Assembly (NCBI GenBank): GCA_963665115.1
Contig: OY762007.1
Coordinates: 6,944,001-7,008,000 of the forward strand
Source: an uncultured Rivularia sp.
Lineage (GTDB): Bacteria; Cyanobacteriota; Cyanobacteriia; Cyanobacteriales; Nostocaceae
Reading direction: 5' to 3'
Length of the DNA: 64,000 bases
Part shown: piece after piece, positions 24,821 through 33,933 of the stretch
Numbering within the stretch: the first letter of the stretch is position 1
Layout: every line of letters begins with the position of its first letter
Notes under the pieces: model-generated
What the model was told of the DNA's origin: nothing
The model's database searches: none
What the model saw: only the letters and a program-made list of their open reading frames with translations
Translations under genes and position numbers: made by a program

Positions 24821-25249
24821 ATGTCTATAACTTTAATCTGGCTGATAGTCGGAGCCTGTTTTTGTTTGTCGGAATTGTTTATTCCAACTGCTTTTGTCGC
24901 TTTCATGATGGGTATTAGCGCTTTTATAGTAGCGCTACTGTCTTTAGCAATAGGAAATTTATGGCTACAAGCAATTTGTTGGTTGTTGCTTTCCACATCA
25001 TTAATAGTTCTCGCTCGTAAATATATTTCACCACCACGACGCAAATCGAAAATACGGGATGCAGTTTTAGGAGAAACTATCACTGAAATACCGGCTGGTA
25101 AAACGGGACGAGTTTTGTACGAAGGCAATTCTTGGCGAGCGCAATGTGACGATGAACAAGCTTTTATCGCCCCTTATCAAAGAGTTTACGTAGTTAGACG
25201 CGAAGGTACAACATTGATTGTCATGCCCGAAAATATCTTGCATTCTTAA
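24821..25249 (+). CDS. NfeD-family (short NfeD1b/YbbJ-like) membrane protein
   Basis: TM helices then OB-fold motif GRVLYEGNSWRA; directly upstream of an SPFH gene. Confidence 0.88.
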   Translation: MSITLIWLIVGACFCLSELFIPTAFVAFMMGISAFIVALLSLAIGNLWLQAICWLLLSTSLIVLARKYISPPRRKSKIRDAVLGETITEIPAGKTGRVLYEGNSWRAQCDDEQAFIAPYQRVYVVRREGTTLIVMPENILHS

Positions 25250-25317
25250 TCGCGTTTAATTCTGTGTTTTATTTTTATATTTGAAAAATAATTTTGGAGA
25301 AAAACTAGGAGAAAAAA

Positions 25318-26317
25318 ATGGAACAATTTTTTTTACTGATATCCTTAGCTATAGGTGGCTCTGCTGCCTTAGCTAGTAGCGTGAAAATTATTAATCAAGG
25401 AAACGAAGCGTTAGTAGAAAGATTGGGTAGCTACGACAAAAAGCTAGAAACCAGGACTTAATTTCGTGTTACCTGTCGTGGATAGAGTTGTTTTCCGCGA
25501 AACTAATCGAGAGAAAGTTATAGATATTCCTCCCCAAAAATGTATTACCCGCGATAACGTAGCCATTGAAGTTGATGCTGTGGTTTATTGGCGGATTGTT
25601 GATATGGGAAAAGCCTACTACAAAGTAGAAAATCTTCAAGCAGCGATGGTGAATTTGGTATTGACTCAAATTCGCTCAGAAATGGGACAATTAGAACTTG
25701 ACCAAACTTTTACCGCTCGTACCGAAGTTAACGAAACTTTATTGCGGGATTTGGACATTGCCACAGATCCTTGGGGTGTAAAAGTTACTCGTGTAGAATT
25801 GCGCGATATCATTCCTTCCAAAGCAGTACAAGACTCAATGGAATTACAAATGTCCGCAGAAAGACGCAAGCGGGCAGCAATTTTAACATCTGAAGGCGAA
25901 CGAGAATCAGCAGTAAATAGTTCCAGAGGAAGAGCAGAAGCCCAGGTTTTGGAAGCAGAAGCCAATCAGAAAGCCGTAATTTTACAGGCAGAAGCCCAAC
26001 AAAAAGCTACCATCCTCAAAGCGCAAGCCGAACGGCAGCAGCAAGTACTCAAAGCCCACGCAGTTGCCGAATCATCCGAAATTCTCGCTCAGAAAATGAA
26101 AGAGAATCCTAAAGCCCAGCAAGCATTAGAAGTGCTATTAGCTTTAGGTTACTTAGACATGGGAGCAGCAATCGGACAAAGCGAAAGCGCCAAAGTCATG
26201 TTTATGGACCCACGCACAATTCCCGGTACTCTAGAAGGTATACGTTCCATCGTCTCCGAAACTCAAGACGGCAATCCTATGCTTGGGGAAATTGGTAAGC
26301 ATCAGCAGCGCGGTTGA
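25318..26317 (+). CDS. SPFH/band 7 (stomatin/paraslipin-like) protein; apparent +1 frameshift at about 25448
   Basis: ATG 25318 gives [40 protein letters not shown] and [13 protein letters not shown] motifs. Confidence 0.9.
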
Positions 26318-26665
26318 GAGGGGAAGAGGGGGAGATAGGGAGATGGGGAGATGGGGAGATGGGGAGATGGGGAGAGGGGGTAGAGGGGGTAGAGGGGGAG
26401 AGGGGTAGAGGGGGTAGAGGGGGGAGAGGGGGTAGATGGGGAGACAAGGGGACAAGGAGAAATATATTCTTAATTCGCTACTTGCTACTTACTACTTACT
26501 ACTCTTAACTCCTAACTCATAACTTCTCACTCCTAACTATTCCCAATTCCCAATGCCCCATCCCCCATGCCCCATGCCCAATTACCAATTACCAATTACC
26601 AATTACCAATTACCAATTCCCAATTACCCATTCCCCATCCCCAATGCCCAATTCCCAATGTCCAA
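26316..26665. repeat. Large composite STRR tract between convergent genes
   Basis: GGGGAGAT, AGAGGGGGT, CTACTTA, CCCCATG and ATTACCA tandem runs. Confidence 0.9.
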
Positions 26666-26666
26666 A

Positions 26667-27059
26667 TTAACAAGCCTGCTTTGCATGGCATTTGTCGCAT
26701 AAACCGAAGAATTCTAATGTGTGATAAAAGATTTTAAAATTTTGGTTGGTTTCTAATTCGGTTTCTAGTTGATGCACGGGACATTGTTCGATAGGAATTG
26801 ACCTACCGCATTGCAAACAGGTTAAATGATGTTTATCTTGCTGTACTAAGCTATAAAGCGCTTCACCGTTAGTTAAGGTTCTTACTTGTACTAATCCTTC
26901 AAGTTTTAAAGCTTCCAAGGAACGATAAACTGTTGCTAAACCCATACTTTGATTGCTATTACGCAATTCCACATATAGATTTTGAGCGGAAATGCCTTGT
27001 TTAATGGATTGGAGTAAGTTTAAAATCCGCTCTTGGCTGCGGGTATGTATGGGTTTCAT
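26667..27059 (-). CDS. zur: Fur-family zinc uptake regulator (Zur/FurB type)
   Basis: [29 protein letters not shown] and GLCDKC, matching cyanobacterial FurB/Zur as I recall it. Confidence 0.85.
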   Translation of the reverse strand: MKPIHTRSQERILNLLQSIKQGISAQNLYVELRNSNQSMGLATVYRSLEALKLEGLVQVRTLTNGEALYSLVQQDKHHLTCLQCGRSIPIEQCPVHQLETELETNQNFKIFYHTLEFFGLCDKCHAKQAC

Positions 27060-27204
27060 GGAAGATAACTATTTAAATAACAGCAATAAAGAATTTCTAT
27101 CACCACTTCTACTTTTAATTTACTTCAATCGTTAAACAATATAATTTTCATTTAGTAACCACCAAAAGATATAGTATACCCAGAGCAGCATTGGGTAAAA
27201 TTAG

Positions 27205-27483
27205 ATGCCAATTAAATATCAAGCGAAAATTTTTGTAACTCTTCGTCCTTCAGTTTTAGATCCGGCTGGTGTCGCCGTACAATCCGGGCTAAAGCAGATG
27301 GAATACAGCAACGTCGAACAAGTAAGAATTGGAAAATACATCGAATTGATGATTACCTCTGATTCGGAGAATTCAGCGCGTCAAGATTTAGATAAAATAT
27401 GCGACAAAATGCTCGCAAATCCCGTGATTGAAAACTATCGCTTCAATTTGACTGAGGTGGAATCGGTTATTGGAGCAGTTTGA
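27205..27483 (+). CDS. purS: Phosphoribosylformylglycinamidine synthase subunit PurS
   Basis: VLDPAG, VRIGKYIE and LANPVIENY motifs. Confidence 0.95.
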   Translation: MPIKYQAKIFVTLRPSVLDPAGVAVQSGLKQMEYSNVEQVRIGKYIELMITSDSENSARQDLDKICDKMLANPVIENYRFNLTEVESVIGAV

Positions 27484-27632
27484 AGAGTTAGGAGTTAGGA
27501 GTTAGGAGTTAGGAGTTAGGAGTAGTAAGTAGTAAGTAGTAAGTAGCGAATTAAGAATATATTTCTCCTTGTCTCCTTGTCTCCCCCTCTTTACCCTCTA
27601 TAACTTTGACCTTTAACCTTTAACCTTTGACC
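27484..27632. repeat. Composite STRR tract
   Basis: (GAGTTAG)n, (AGTAGTA)n and (ACCTTTA/G)n runs. Confidence 0.9.
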
Positions 27633-27646
27633 TATATTTAATAATC

Positions 27647-28322
27647 ATGAAATTCGGCATTGTTGTTTTCCCCGGTTTCTAATTGCGATCGCGATGTTGC
27701 TTTCGTGACGCGAGATATTCTGTCGCAGCCAACTCGCATGGTTTGGCATCAAGATACCGATCTTTCCGATATCGATGTGGTGATTTTACCTGGTGGTTTT
27801 AGCTATGGCGATTATCTTCGTTGCGGTGCGATCGCCAGATTTTCCCCGATTATGTCTTCTGTTCTCGAACACGCACAAAAAGGTAAGTTTGTCTTGGGTA
27901 TATGCAATGGTTTTCAGGTATTAACTGAGTCGGGACTTTTGCCGGGTGCGTTGATTAGAAATAGAGATTTGCATTTTATCTGTGACAGATTACCGCTAAA
28001 GGTTGAGCGTAACGATCTAGTTTGGACGCAAGGTTATCAAAGTTGCGAACAAATAATTTTACCTGTGGCTCATGGTGAAGGGAAATTTTACGCTGATGAC
28101 AAAACTTTGGCTGAGTTAGAAAACAATAATCAAGTTGTATTTCGCTATGAAGGTGAAAATCCCAATGGTTCGTTAAGAGATATTGCAGGTATTTGCAATC
28201 GTGACGGTAATGTGTTGGGTATGATGCCGCATCCAGAGAGGGCTTCCGATCCGATGTTGGGGAATACTGATGGGTTGAAGTTATTTGAAGGATTGTTGGA
28301 AAACGTTTTAGCAACAGTTTAG
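27647..28322 (+). CDS. purQ: Phosphoribosylformylglycinamidine synthase subunit PurQ; apparent +1 frameshift at about 27676
   Basis: ATG 27647 gives MKFGIVVFPG|SNCDRD after removing one T; PGGFSYGDYLR, GICNGFQ and GMMPHPER motifs. Confidence 0.95.
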
Positions 28323-28520
28323 GTTTACATCTAAAATTAGGGAGACGTTGTATTACAGCGTCTTCATATCGCTATAAAATCAACTATAAACTTTAATAAT
28401 TATAATAGTTATAAAAGCCTATATTATTAGTTCTGCGAATTTGTGTTTTCTAATTCAGTCAGGCGATAGTAATAATAATCTCATCTTTTACAGGCTCCTG
28501 GGATAATAAACGTATTTTTA

Positions 28521-31091
28521 ATGAGCAAGTCAGTTGTTATTAATCTGGGAAATAGCGATTTGTATGGAGGATGCGAGCAAGTAACGGCTCAATTATGGGT
28601 TTCTGGTCATCCCCTTCCAGAGCAATTTGTTGGCTCATTACCACCAGCACCGCATTTGGTGGAATTGTATCAGCGATGGCAATTTATGTATCGGAGTTTT
28701 TACGATTGCCTAAATTTGCGATTCCGTTCGCTATCGCTTGAAGATGATGAAATAGAAATTGATGAAGGTGATATAACTAATATTTCTGATGTCAGCTTAA
28801 ATGATTTATCTGAACATTTACGGTTGAGTATTAATGCTTGGTTAAAGTCTGAAGAATTTTTGAACATAGAACGTAAATTGCGTTCTGCATTAAGTCGAGA
28901 AGAAGAAATACAGATAGTTATTGAAACAAGCGATTCATGGCTGCGAAGGATACCTTGGTGTTGGTGGGATTTTCTTGATGATTATCCCTACTGCGAAATC
29001 GCTCTTTTCAAACCCGAGTATAGAAGAAGTACTGTTGTTACACAGTTAAGACCGACTAATAATAAAGCCAGAGTCTTGGCTGCTATGGGTAATAGTTTCG
29101 GTATTGATTTAGAAGCAGAAAGTAGTTTTCTAGGCAGTTTACAGGATGCAGAAGTCAAATTTCTAATTCAACCGTCACGTCAGGAATTTAATCGATATCT
29201 TTGGGATTCTCTTGGTTGGGACGTGCTTTTTTTTGCAGGTCATAGTCAAACTGAGGACGAAGAAGGAAAAATTTATATCAATGAAAATAAAACAAATAAC
29301 AGTTTAACTTTAGAACAATTAGAAGAAGCCCTCAAAGCAGCAATTGAGAATGGTTTGACATTAGCAATATTTAATTCTTGTAATGGGTTGGGATTGGCTT
29401 CGGTGCTGGAAAAATTAAATATTCCTACAACCGTGGTGATGAGGGAACCAGTACCGAATTTGGTTGCACAAGTTTTTTTCAAATTTTTCTTAGAATTTTT
29501 TGCTAAAGATAGAGACTCTTTATACATATCTTTTCAAAAAGCACGCAGGCAGTTGCAAGGATTAGAAAATAAATTTCCTGGTGCTTCTTGTTTACCCGTA
29601 ATTTTTCAAAATCCAGCATTAAATCCACCAAGCTGGCTGAGTTTGGGAGGAATGCCTCCTTGTCCTTATCGGGGATTATTTGCTTTCTCCGAAACAGATG
29701 CAGATCTGTTTTTCGGACGAGAAATTTTTTGTTTCAATTTGCTGAAAGCTGTAAAAAGTAAAACATTCGTAGCTGTGGTAGGTCCTAGCGGGAGTGGTAA
29801 ATCCAGCGTAGTATTTGCTGGTTTGATTCCCCAATTACGACAAGATGAAAATATTAATTGGCAGATAATTTCTTTTCGTCCCGGTAACAAACCCTTTGAA
29901 GCGTTAGCAAGTGCTTTGTTACCTTTATGCTTATCCATTAATTTTTTGCAACACAATGGAGCTAACTCAGAGAATAACCTGCGTTTGCTCAAAGAAGAAT
30001 TAGCTGCAAAACTAGAATGCGATAGTCAAGCTTTACAAACAATTATTGCTGAGTTCATTAAGCAAAACCCCAATACTCGTTTAGCATTAATAGCGGATCA
30101 GTTTGAAGAACTCTACACCCTTTGTCTTGAATCTGAAACCCAAACTTTTTTAGATTTATTATTGGCTGCTGTCAGTTTGGCTCCAAGTTTTAGTTTAGTT
30201 ATTACTCTTAGAGCCGACTTTTACGGTCATGCTTTATCTTACCGTCCATTTAGTGATGCTTTGCAAGGAGCGGTGCTTAATCTCGGGCCAATGAGTCAAG
30301 AAGAATTGTACTCGGCAATTGAAAAGCCTGCAACCAAGATGAAAGTCAAAATGGAGTTGGGGCTATCTAATAGATTAATTGATGATGTGTGGGGAGAATT
30401 AGTCAATTTACCACTGCTGGAATTTGCCTTAACTCAGCTATGGGAAAAGCATCAAAACGGTCAACTGATGCACGATGCTTATTCTGAAATTGGCTGTGTG
30501 GAAGGTGCTTTGGCTGAATATGGAGAGCAAATATATGCTCGGCTTTCGGAAGATGATCGAGAAAGAGCGAAACGGATATTTATTCAGTTGGTGCGTTTGG
30601 AAGAAGGTACTCAAGCTACTCGCAGGTTAGCAACTCGCTCCCAAGTGAATAATTGGGATTTGGTAACTCATTTAGCATCCGCTCGTTTATTAGTGACAAA
30701 CCGTAATGATTCCACTGGTGAAGAAACAGTAGAAATTGTTCATGAAGCTTTGATTAAAAGTTGGGGACGTTTAGAACACTGGATACAGGTTGATACAGAC
30801 TTTCGACGTTGGCAAGAACAGTTGCGATCGGCAATATATCAATGGCAGAAAAGCGGTGAAGATACTGGGGCATTGTTGCGGGGTGTACCCTTAGCAATAG
30901 CCCAAGACTGGCAGCAGAAACGCTCCGAAGAACTTAGCGTCAAAGAAAGAGAGTTTATTCAAAGTTCTCAGTTAATTTGCGATAGGGAAATCGAAAATCA
31001 AAATCGCAGACGCAGAATTACTATTTTAGGACTTATTATTTGTTTAATTTTAGTTGCAATTGGTAGGTGGCAATTGCGATGTAGCTTTTAA
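28521..31091 (+). CDS. CHAT (caspase-like) domain plus nSTAND1-type NTPase; probably C-terminally truncated
   Basis: FFAGHSQ and FNSCNG CHAT motifs; CPYRGL..F..FFGRE, Walker A GPSGSGKSS, Walker B IADQFEE, HEALI..W; ends directly after one TM helix. Confidence 0.82.
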   Translation: MSKSVVINLGNSDLYGGCEQVTAQLWVSGHPLPEQFVGSLPPAPHLVELYQRWQFMYRSFYDCLNLRFRSLSLEDDEIEIDEGDITNISDVSLNDLSEHLRLSINAWLKSEEFLNIERKLRSALSREEEIQIVIETSDSWLRRIPWCWWDFLDDYPYCEIALFKPEYRRSTVVTQLRPTNNKARVLAAMGNSFGIDLEAESSFLGSLQDAEVKFLIQPSRQEFNRYLWDSLGWDVLFFAGHSQTEDEEGKIYINENKTNNSLTLEQLEEALKAAIENGLTLAIFNSCNGLGLASVLEKLNIPTTVVMREPVPNLVAQVFFKFFLEFFAKDRDSLYISFQKARRQLQGLENKFPGASCLPVIFQNPALNPPSWLSLGGMPPCPYRGLFAFSETDADLFFGREIFCFNLLKAVKSKTFVAVVGPSGSGKSSVVFAGLIPQLRQDENINWQIISFRPGNKPFEALASALLPLCLSINFLQHNGANSENNLRLLKEELAAKLECDSQALQTIIAEFIKQNPNTRLALIADQFEELYTLCLESETQTFLDLLLAAVSLAPSFSLVITLRADFYGHALSYRPFSDALQGAVLNLGPMSQEELYSAIEKPATKMKVKMELGLSNRLIDDVWGELVNLPLLEFALTQLWEKHQNGQLMHDAYSEIGCVEGALAEYGEQIYARLSEDDRERAKRIFIQLVRLEEGTQATRRLATRSQVNNWDLVTHLASARLLVTNRNDSTGEETVEIVHEALIKSWGRLEHWIQVDTDFRRWQEQLRSAIYQWQKSGEDTGALLRGVPLAIAQDWQQKRSEELSVKEREFIQSSQLICDREIENQNRRRRITILGLIICLILVAIGRWQLRCSF

Positions 31092-31114
31092 TTTTGCTTT
31101 GATTAATAAAATCT

Positions 31115-31702
31115 CTACATAATTGTTGTTAAATCAAATAGGAATCCGGGTAAAACGTCTTCACCGGATAATGTTGTAGGAGCTTCTAATATTTCTACAT
31201 CTCTACCTTGACGATAAATCTCTACTTGTCGTGCTTCTACATTTATTAACCAACCCAAACGAGCGCCATTTTCAATATATTCCTGCATTTTCTCTCGTAT
31301 TTTCTTTAGCGAGTCAGTAGGAGAACGAAGTTCTATAACAAAATCAGGACATAAAGGTAAGAATTTTCGTCTTTGTTCTGCGGTTAAATACTCCCACTTT
31401 TCTATTGTTATCCAAGAAGCATCGGGAGAGCGATTTGCACCGTTGGGTAGTTTAAAACCAGTTGAAGAATCAAAAGCTTTACCTAAATTATTTTTACGAC
31501 TCCAACTTTGAAGTTGATATGCAATTTCAATATTGCGGTTTCCTGTTTCTCCCCCAGTTGGTGACATTATTAATAATTCCCCTGATGCTGTGCGTTCAAA
31601 TTTCCATTCTTGATTTTTCTGACATAGTTGCCAAAATTGTTCGTCGGTTAAGTCGATTGTTAGTTGTAGGGTGGAGTTGGGATTAATTAGTGAAGTGTTC
31701 AT
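31115..31702 (-). CDS. Uma2/DUF820 family putative endonuclease
   Basis: FDSSTGFKLPNGANRSPDASW, CPDFVIELRSP and KMQEYIENGARLGWLI motifs. Confidence 0.92.
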   Translation of the reverse strand: MNTSLINPNSTLQLTIDLTDEQFWQLCQKNQEWKFERTASGELLIMSPTGGETGNRNIEIAYQLQSWSRKNNLGKAFDSSTGFKLPNGANRSPDASWITIEKWEYLTAEQRRKFLPLCPDFVIELRSPTDSLKKIREKMQEYIENGARLGWLINVEARQVEIYRQGRDVEILEAPTTLSGEDVLPGFLFDLTTIM

Positions 31703-31726
31703 AGTACAAAGCAAATATTTTTTAAT

Positions 31727-32365
31727 TTATCTTGGAAAATTATTACCTAGATAAATTTGTTTAGAACCTTTAGGGATATAAATCCAGCCAAGTCCTTGCA
31801 AGCGGTTTGTCAAGTTAGAAATTGTTACTCCTAATTCATCTACGACAGCATACAAATGTCGCCATTTGGTAAAATCACGTCCTCTTCGTGCTTCTTCTAA
31901 TTTATATAGAGGCATAAGTAAACAACTAGCAAAATATTGAGCTTGCCATTCAATTCCTTTTTGAGCAGTAACGCTACGACATAAAAATGGCTCTATAGTC
32001 ATTATCAATTCAGGACTCATTCTTTCTTTAAATACATCGAGAGCATCATGCTCGATGTGAAGCAACCAATGTCCTATTTCATGAGCTATGGTGGATTGTC
32101 CAAAACCACCCTCTAATGCTGGAATTTGGTCGTTAATAATAATTTTCCTCTGAATTGGCAAAATCATTGCTGCTATATATCCCTCATTATCTGGAGGTAT
32201 AGTTTCCCAAACAATTCCTATATCTAAATAATCGGCAACTGCTTCAGCAACACAGCTTCCTTTTAAAGGACGTTTTCGGTTTGCTTGCACCCTATTCAAA
32301 TTATTTAATGCCACTTGTTCTATTTCTTGCTTAGATATAAAACGATATGGCTTGATGACATTCAA
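31727..32365 (-). CDS. ImmA/IrrE-family Zn metallopeptidase (Peptidase M78/DUF955)
   Basis: TIAHEIGHWLLH (HExxH), EWQAQYFASCLLMP, and a C-terminal HTH-like segment. Confidence 0.88.
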   Translation of the reverse strand: MNVIKPYRFISKQEIEQVALNNLNRVQANRKRPLKGSCVAEAVADYLDIGIVWETIPPDNEGYIAAMILPIQRKIIINDQIPALEGGFGQSTIAHEIGHWLLHIEHDALDVFKERMSPELIMTIEPFLCRSVTAQKGIEWQAQYFASCLLMPLYKLEEARRGRDFTKWRHLYAVVDELGVTISNLTNRLQGLGWIYIPKGSKQIYLGNNFPR

Positions 32366-32367
32366 CT

Positions 32368-32730
32368 CTATTTCTCCTCATCATCTTGAGTAGTTTCTTT
32401 CAATAATTCCCTTGCAAATTTGGGTTCATCACGCATTCTGCGAAGTAAAGCAGGCATTTGTTTATACTTTCTGACAAGCTCTTCAAATACTTCGGCATCT
32501 TCTGGGGTTATTCTTCCTGCAAGTCGTCTGAGTTTATCTTTTTGTTCAGTTAAATCTAGTTTTTCCGCTAATAAATCAATAACTTCTTCGCTAGGAGGAT
32601 AACCTGCATGGTCATTCTCTAATTTAGACAAGTACGTATAGTTAACCCCCACTAATTTAGCTAACTCGCGCTGACTGTACTCCTTCTGCTTGCGAGCTTG
32701 ACGAATGAGTTTACCAAAGGTCTCTTTCAC
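32368..32730 (-). CDS. XRE-family HTH transcriptional regulator
   Basis: FGKLIRQARKQKEYSQRELAKLVGVNYTYLSKLEN; GTG start with purine-rich RBS; 2 nt from the peptidase gene. Confidence 0.9.
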   Translation of the reverse strand: MKETFGKLIRQARKQKEYSQRELAKLVGVNYTYLSKLENDHAGYPPSEEVIDLLAEKLDLTEQKDKLRRLAGRITPEDAEVFEELVRKYKQMPALLRRMRDEPKFARELLKETTQDDEEK

Positions 32731-32805
32731 GGTTCTCTTCCTTTAAGTCCAAGAATCATACTCTACCTTTTCTCAATGGTTCATATCTGTAAAATTTCTA
32801 GATTT

Positions 32806-32824
32806 GTTGACTAAATTGGTCAAC
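32806..32824. promoter_or_regulatory. Candidate operator palindrome in the divergent promoter region
   Basis: GTTGACTAA-A-TTGGTCAAC, 8 of 9 pairs complementary; contains -35-like TTGACT (+) and TTGACC (-). Confidence 0.55.
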
Positions 32825-32873
32825 TTGTGCAATAAATACATTATAGTACATATGCTTGTTATTATCTAGCCAC

Positions 32874-33098
32874 ATGAATAAAAAACAACAATCGAATCCA
32901 AACCAGCTATGTTTTTCTATCGGTAGACCTTTAATAGTTCTTTTGCAAGAGGTTCAGAATTCAAGTAGCGATACAAACTTGAAACAAGCTGCGGAGCGAA
33001 TGTTAGAAGCTTTACATACTTTTGAAATTGCTAATAAACCAGGTGTCTCTAAATCAGCTATAACCAGTCAAGCGATTTACGAAATCCTTACAAAATGA
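32874..33098 (+). CDS. Small hypothetical protein (74 aa), first gene of the pAgo operon
   Basis: ATG 32874; ends 19 nt before the Cas4-like gene on the same strand. Confidence 0.55.
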   Translation: MNKKQQSNPNQLCFSIGRPLIVLLQEVQNSSSDTNLKQAAERMLEALHTFEIANKPGVSKSAITSQAIYEILTK

Positions 33099-33117
33099 AT
33101 TAAATCAAGAGTTTTTA

Positions 33118-33933
33118 ATGAAAAAAGTTTGGAATTTTGCTAGCTACAATCTGTTGTCTTTGTTTTCCCCACCTGTAGGACTTGAACATCTTCATTGCGA
33201 TATGAAAAGAGGTTTTACTAAAGCGAGAAAAAAAGAACCAAAAGTAGCAGTACTTTTAGAAAAAGACAATACGGCTCAAACTATAGGGTTATTGGCGCAA
33301 AAAGCAGTTTACGAGATTCATCAAGACTCTTCAATTTTTTCGCAAAAAGATGCTCTAAATCGAATAATAGACATTTTACAGTTAAATAAAGAATCCGATT
33401 TAGTTCGAGAAAGGGTAACTCAAATAATTGAAAATTATCTTGATAATCCGATTCTTTTGGACAAAAAAGTAATTAAGCTCAGTAGAGGTGACGAAGGTTT
33501 TCCAGAACCAATTTTAATTCAGCAGGGTAATTACTTATTTAATTTATTTGCAGCAATCGACTGCATTTTTTTAGAAGAAGATAATACTGTACACATTTTA
33601 GATTTCAAAACTGGTAAATCCGACTTTGACCGCAGACAAGCTTATATTTATTTGTTAGCTGCTAGCTATATTTACCCAGAAAATAAAGCTGTTGCTTCGT
33701 TTTATAACTTAGAAACCTGCAAGCAATCAGAAAGAATTACAGCTACACCTGAAACGTTAGAATCTTTTCAAATTACGATGTCTAGAATAGCAAAACAGCA
33801 TCAAAAAGATTTACAACGTTACCGTCAAAAAACTGATGAATTTCGAGATGTATTTCCCCAAAATCCTGGAATAAGCTGTAGATTTTGTCCTTTTAGTTCT
33901 ATTTGTGAATTTGTTATTGAGGGTGCTATATGA
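33118..33933 (+). CDS. Cas4-like PD-(D/E)xK nuclease associated with Argonaute (ACE1-like)
   Basis: [15 protein letters not shown] (D..DxK), QAYIY (QxxxY), N-terminal Cys (LHCD) plus C-terminal [10 protein letters not shown] (CxxCx5C); ATGA overlap with pAgo. Confidence 0.85.
   Translation: MKKVWNFASYNLLSLFSPPVGLEHLHCDMKRGFTKARKKEPKVAVLLEKDNTAQTIGLLAQKAVYEIHQDSSIFSQKDALNRIIDILQLNKESDLVRERVTQIIENYLDNPILLDKKVIKLSRGDEGFPEPILIQQGNYLFNLFAAIDCIFLEEDNTVHILDFKTGKSDFDRRQAYIYLLAASYIYPENKAVASFYNLETCKQSERITATPETLESFQITMSRIAKQHQKDLQRYRQKTDEFRDVFPQNPGISCRFCPFSSICEFVIEGAI

Noticed and set aside
26231..26508. ORFs 26231-26455 (-) and 26314-26508 (+)
   Set aside because: They are low-complexity translations of the STRR tract.
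27647..27700. Programmed frameshifting or true pseudogenisation of purQ and the other split genes
   Set aside because: The same +1 homopolymer pattern occurs in eight unrelated genes with otherwise intact sequence, so sequencing error is more parsimonious.
31727..32730. ImmR/ImmA pair as a sign of a prophage or ICE
   Set aside because: No integrase, relaxase, phage structural genes, tRNA target or att repeats were recognised nearby.
33118..33933. Cas4 as evidence of a CRISPR-Cas locus
   Set aside because: There is no cas1, cas2 or array in the window, and the gene is translationally coupled to pAgo.
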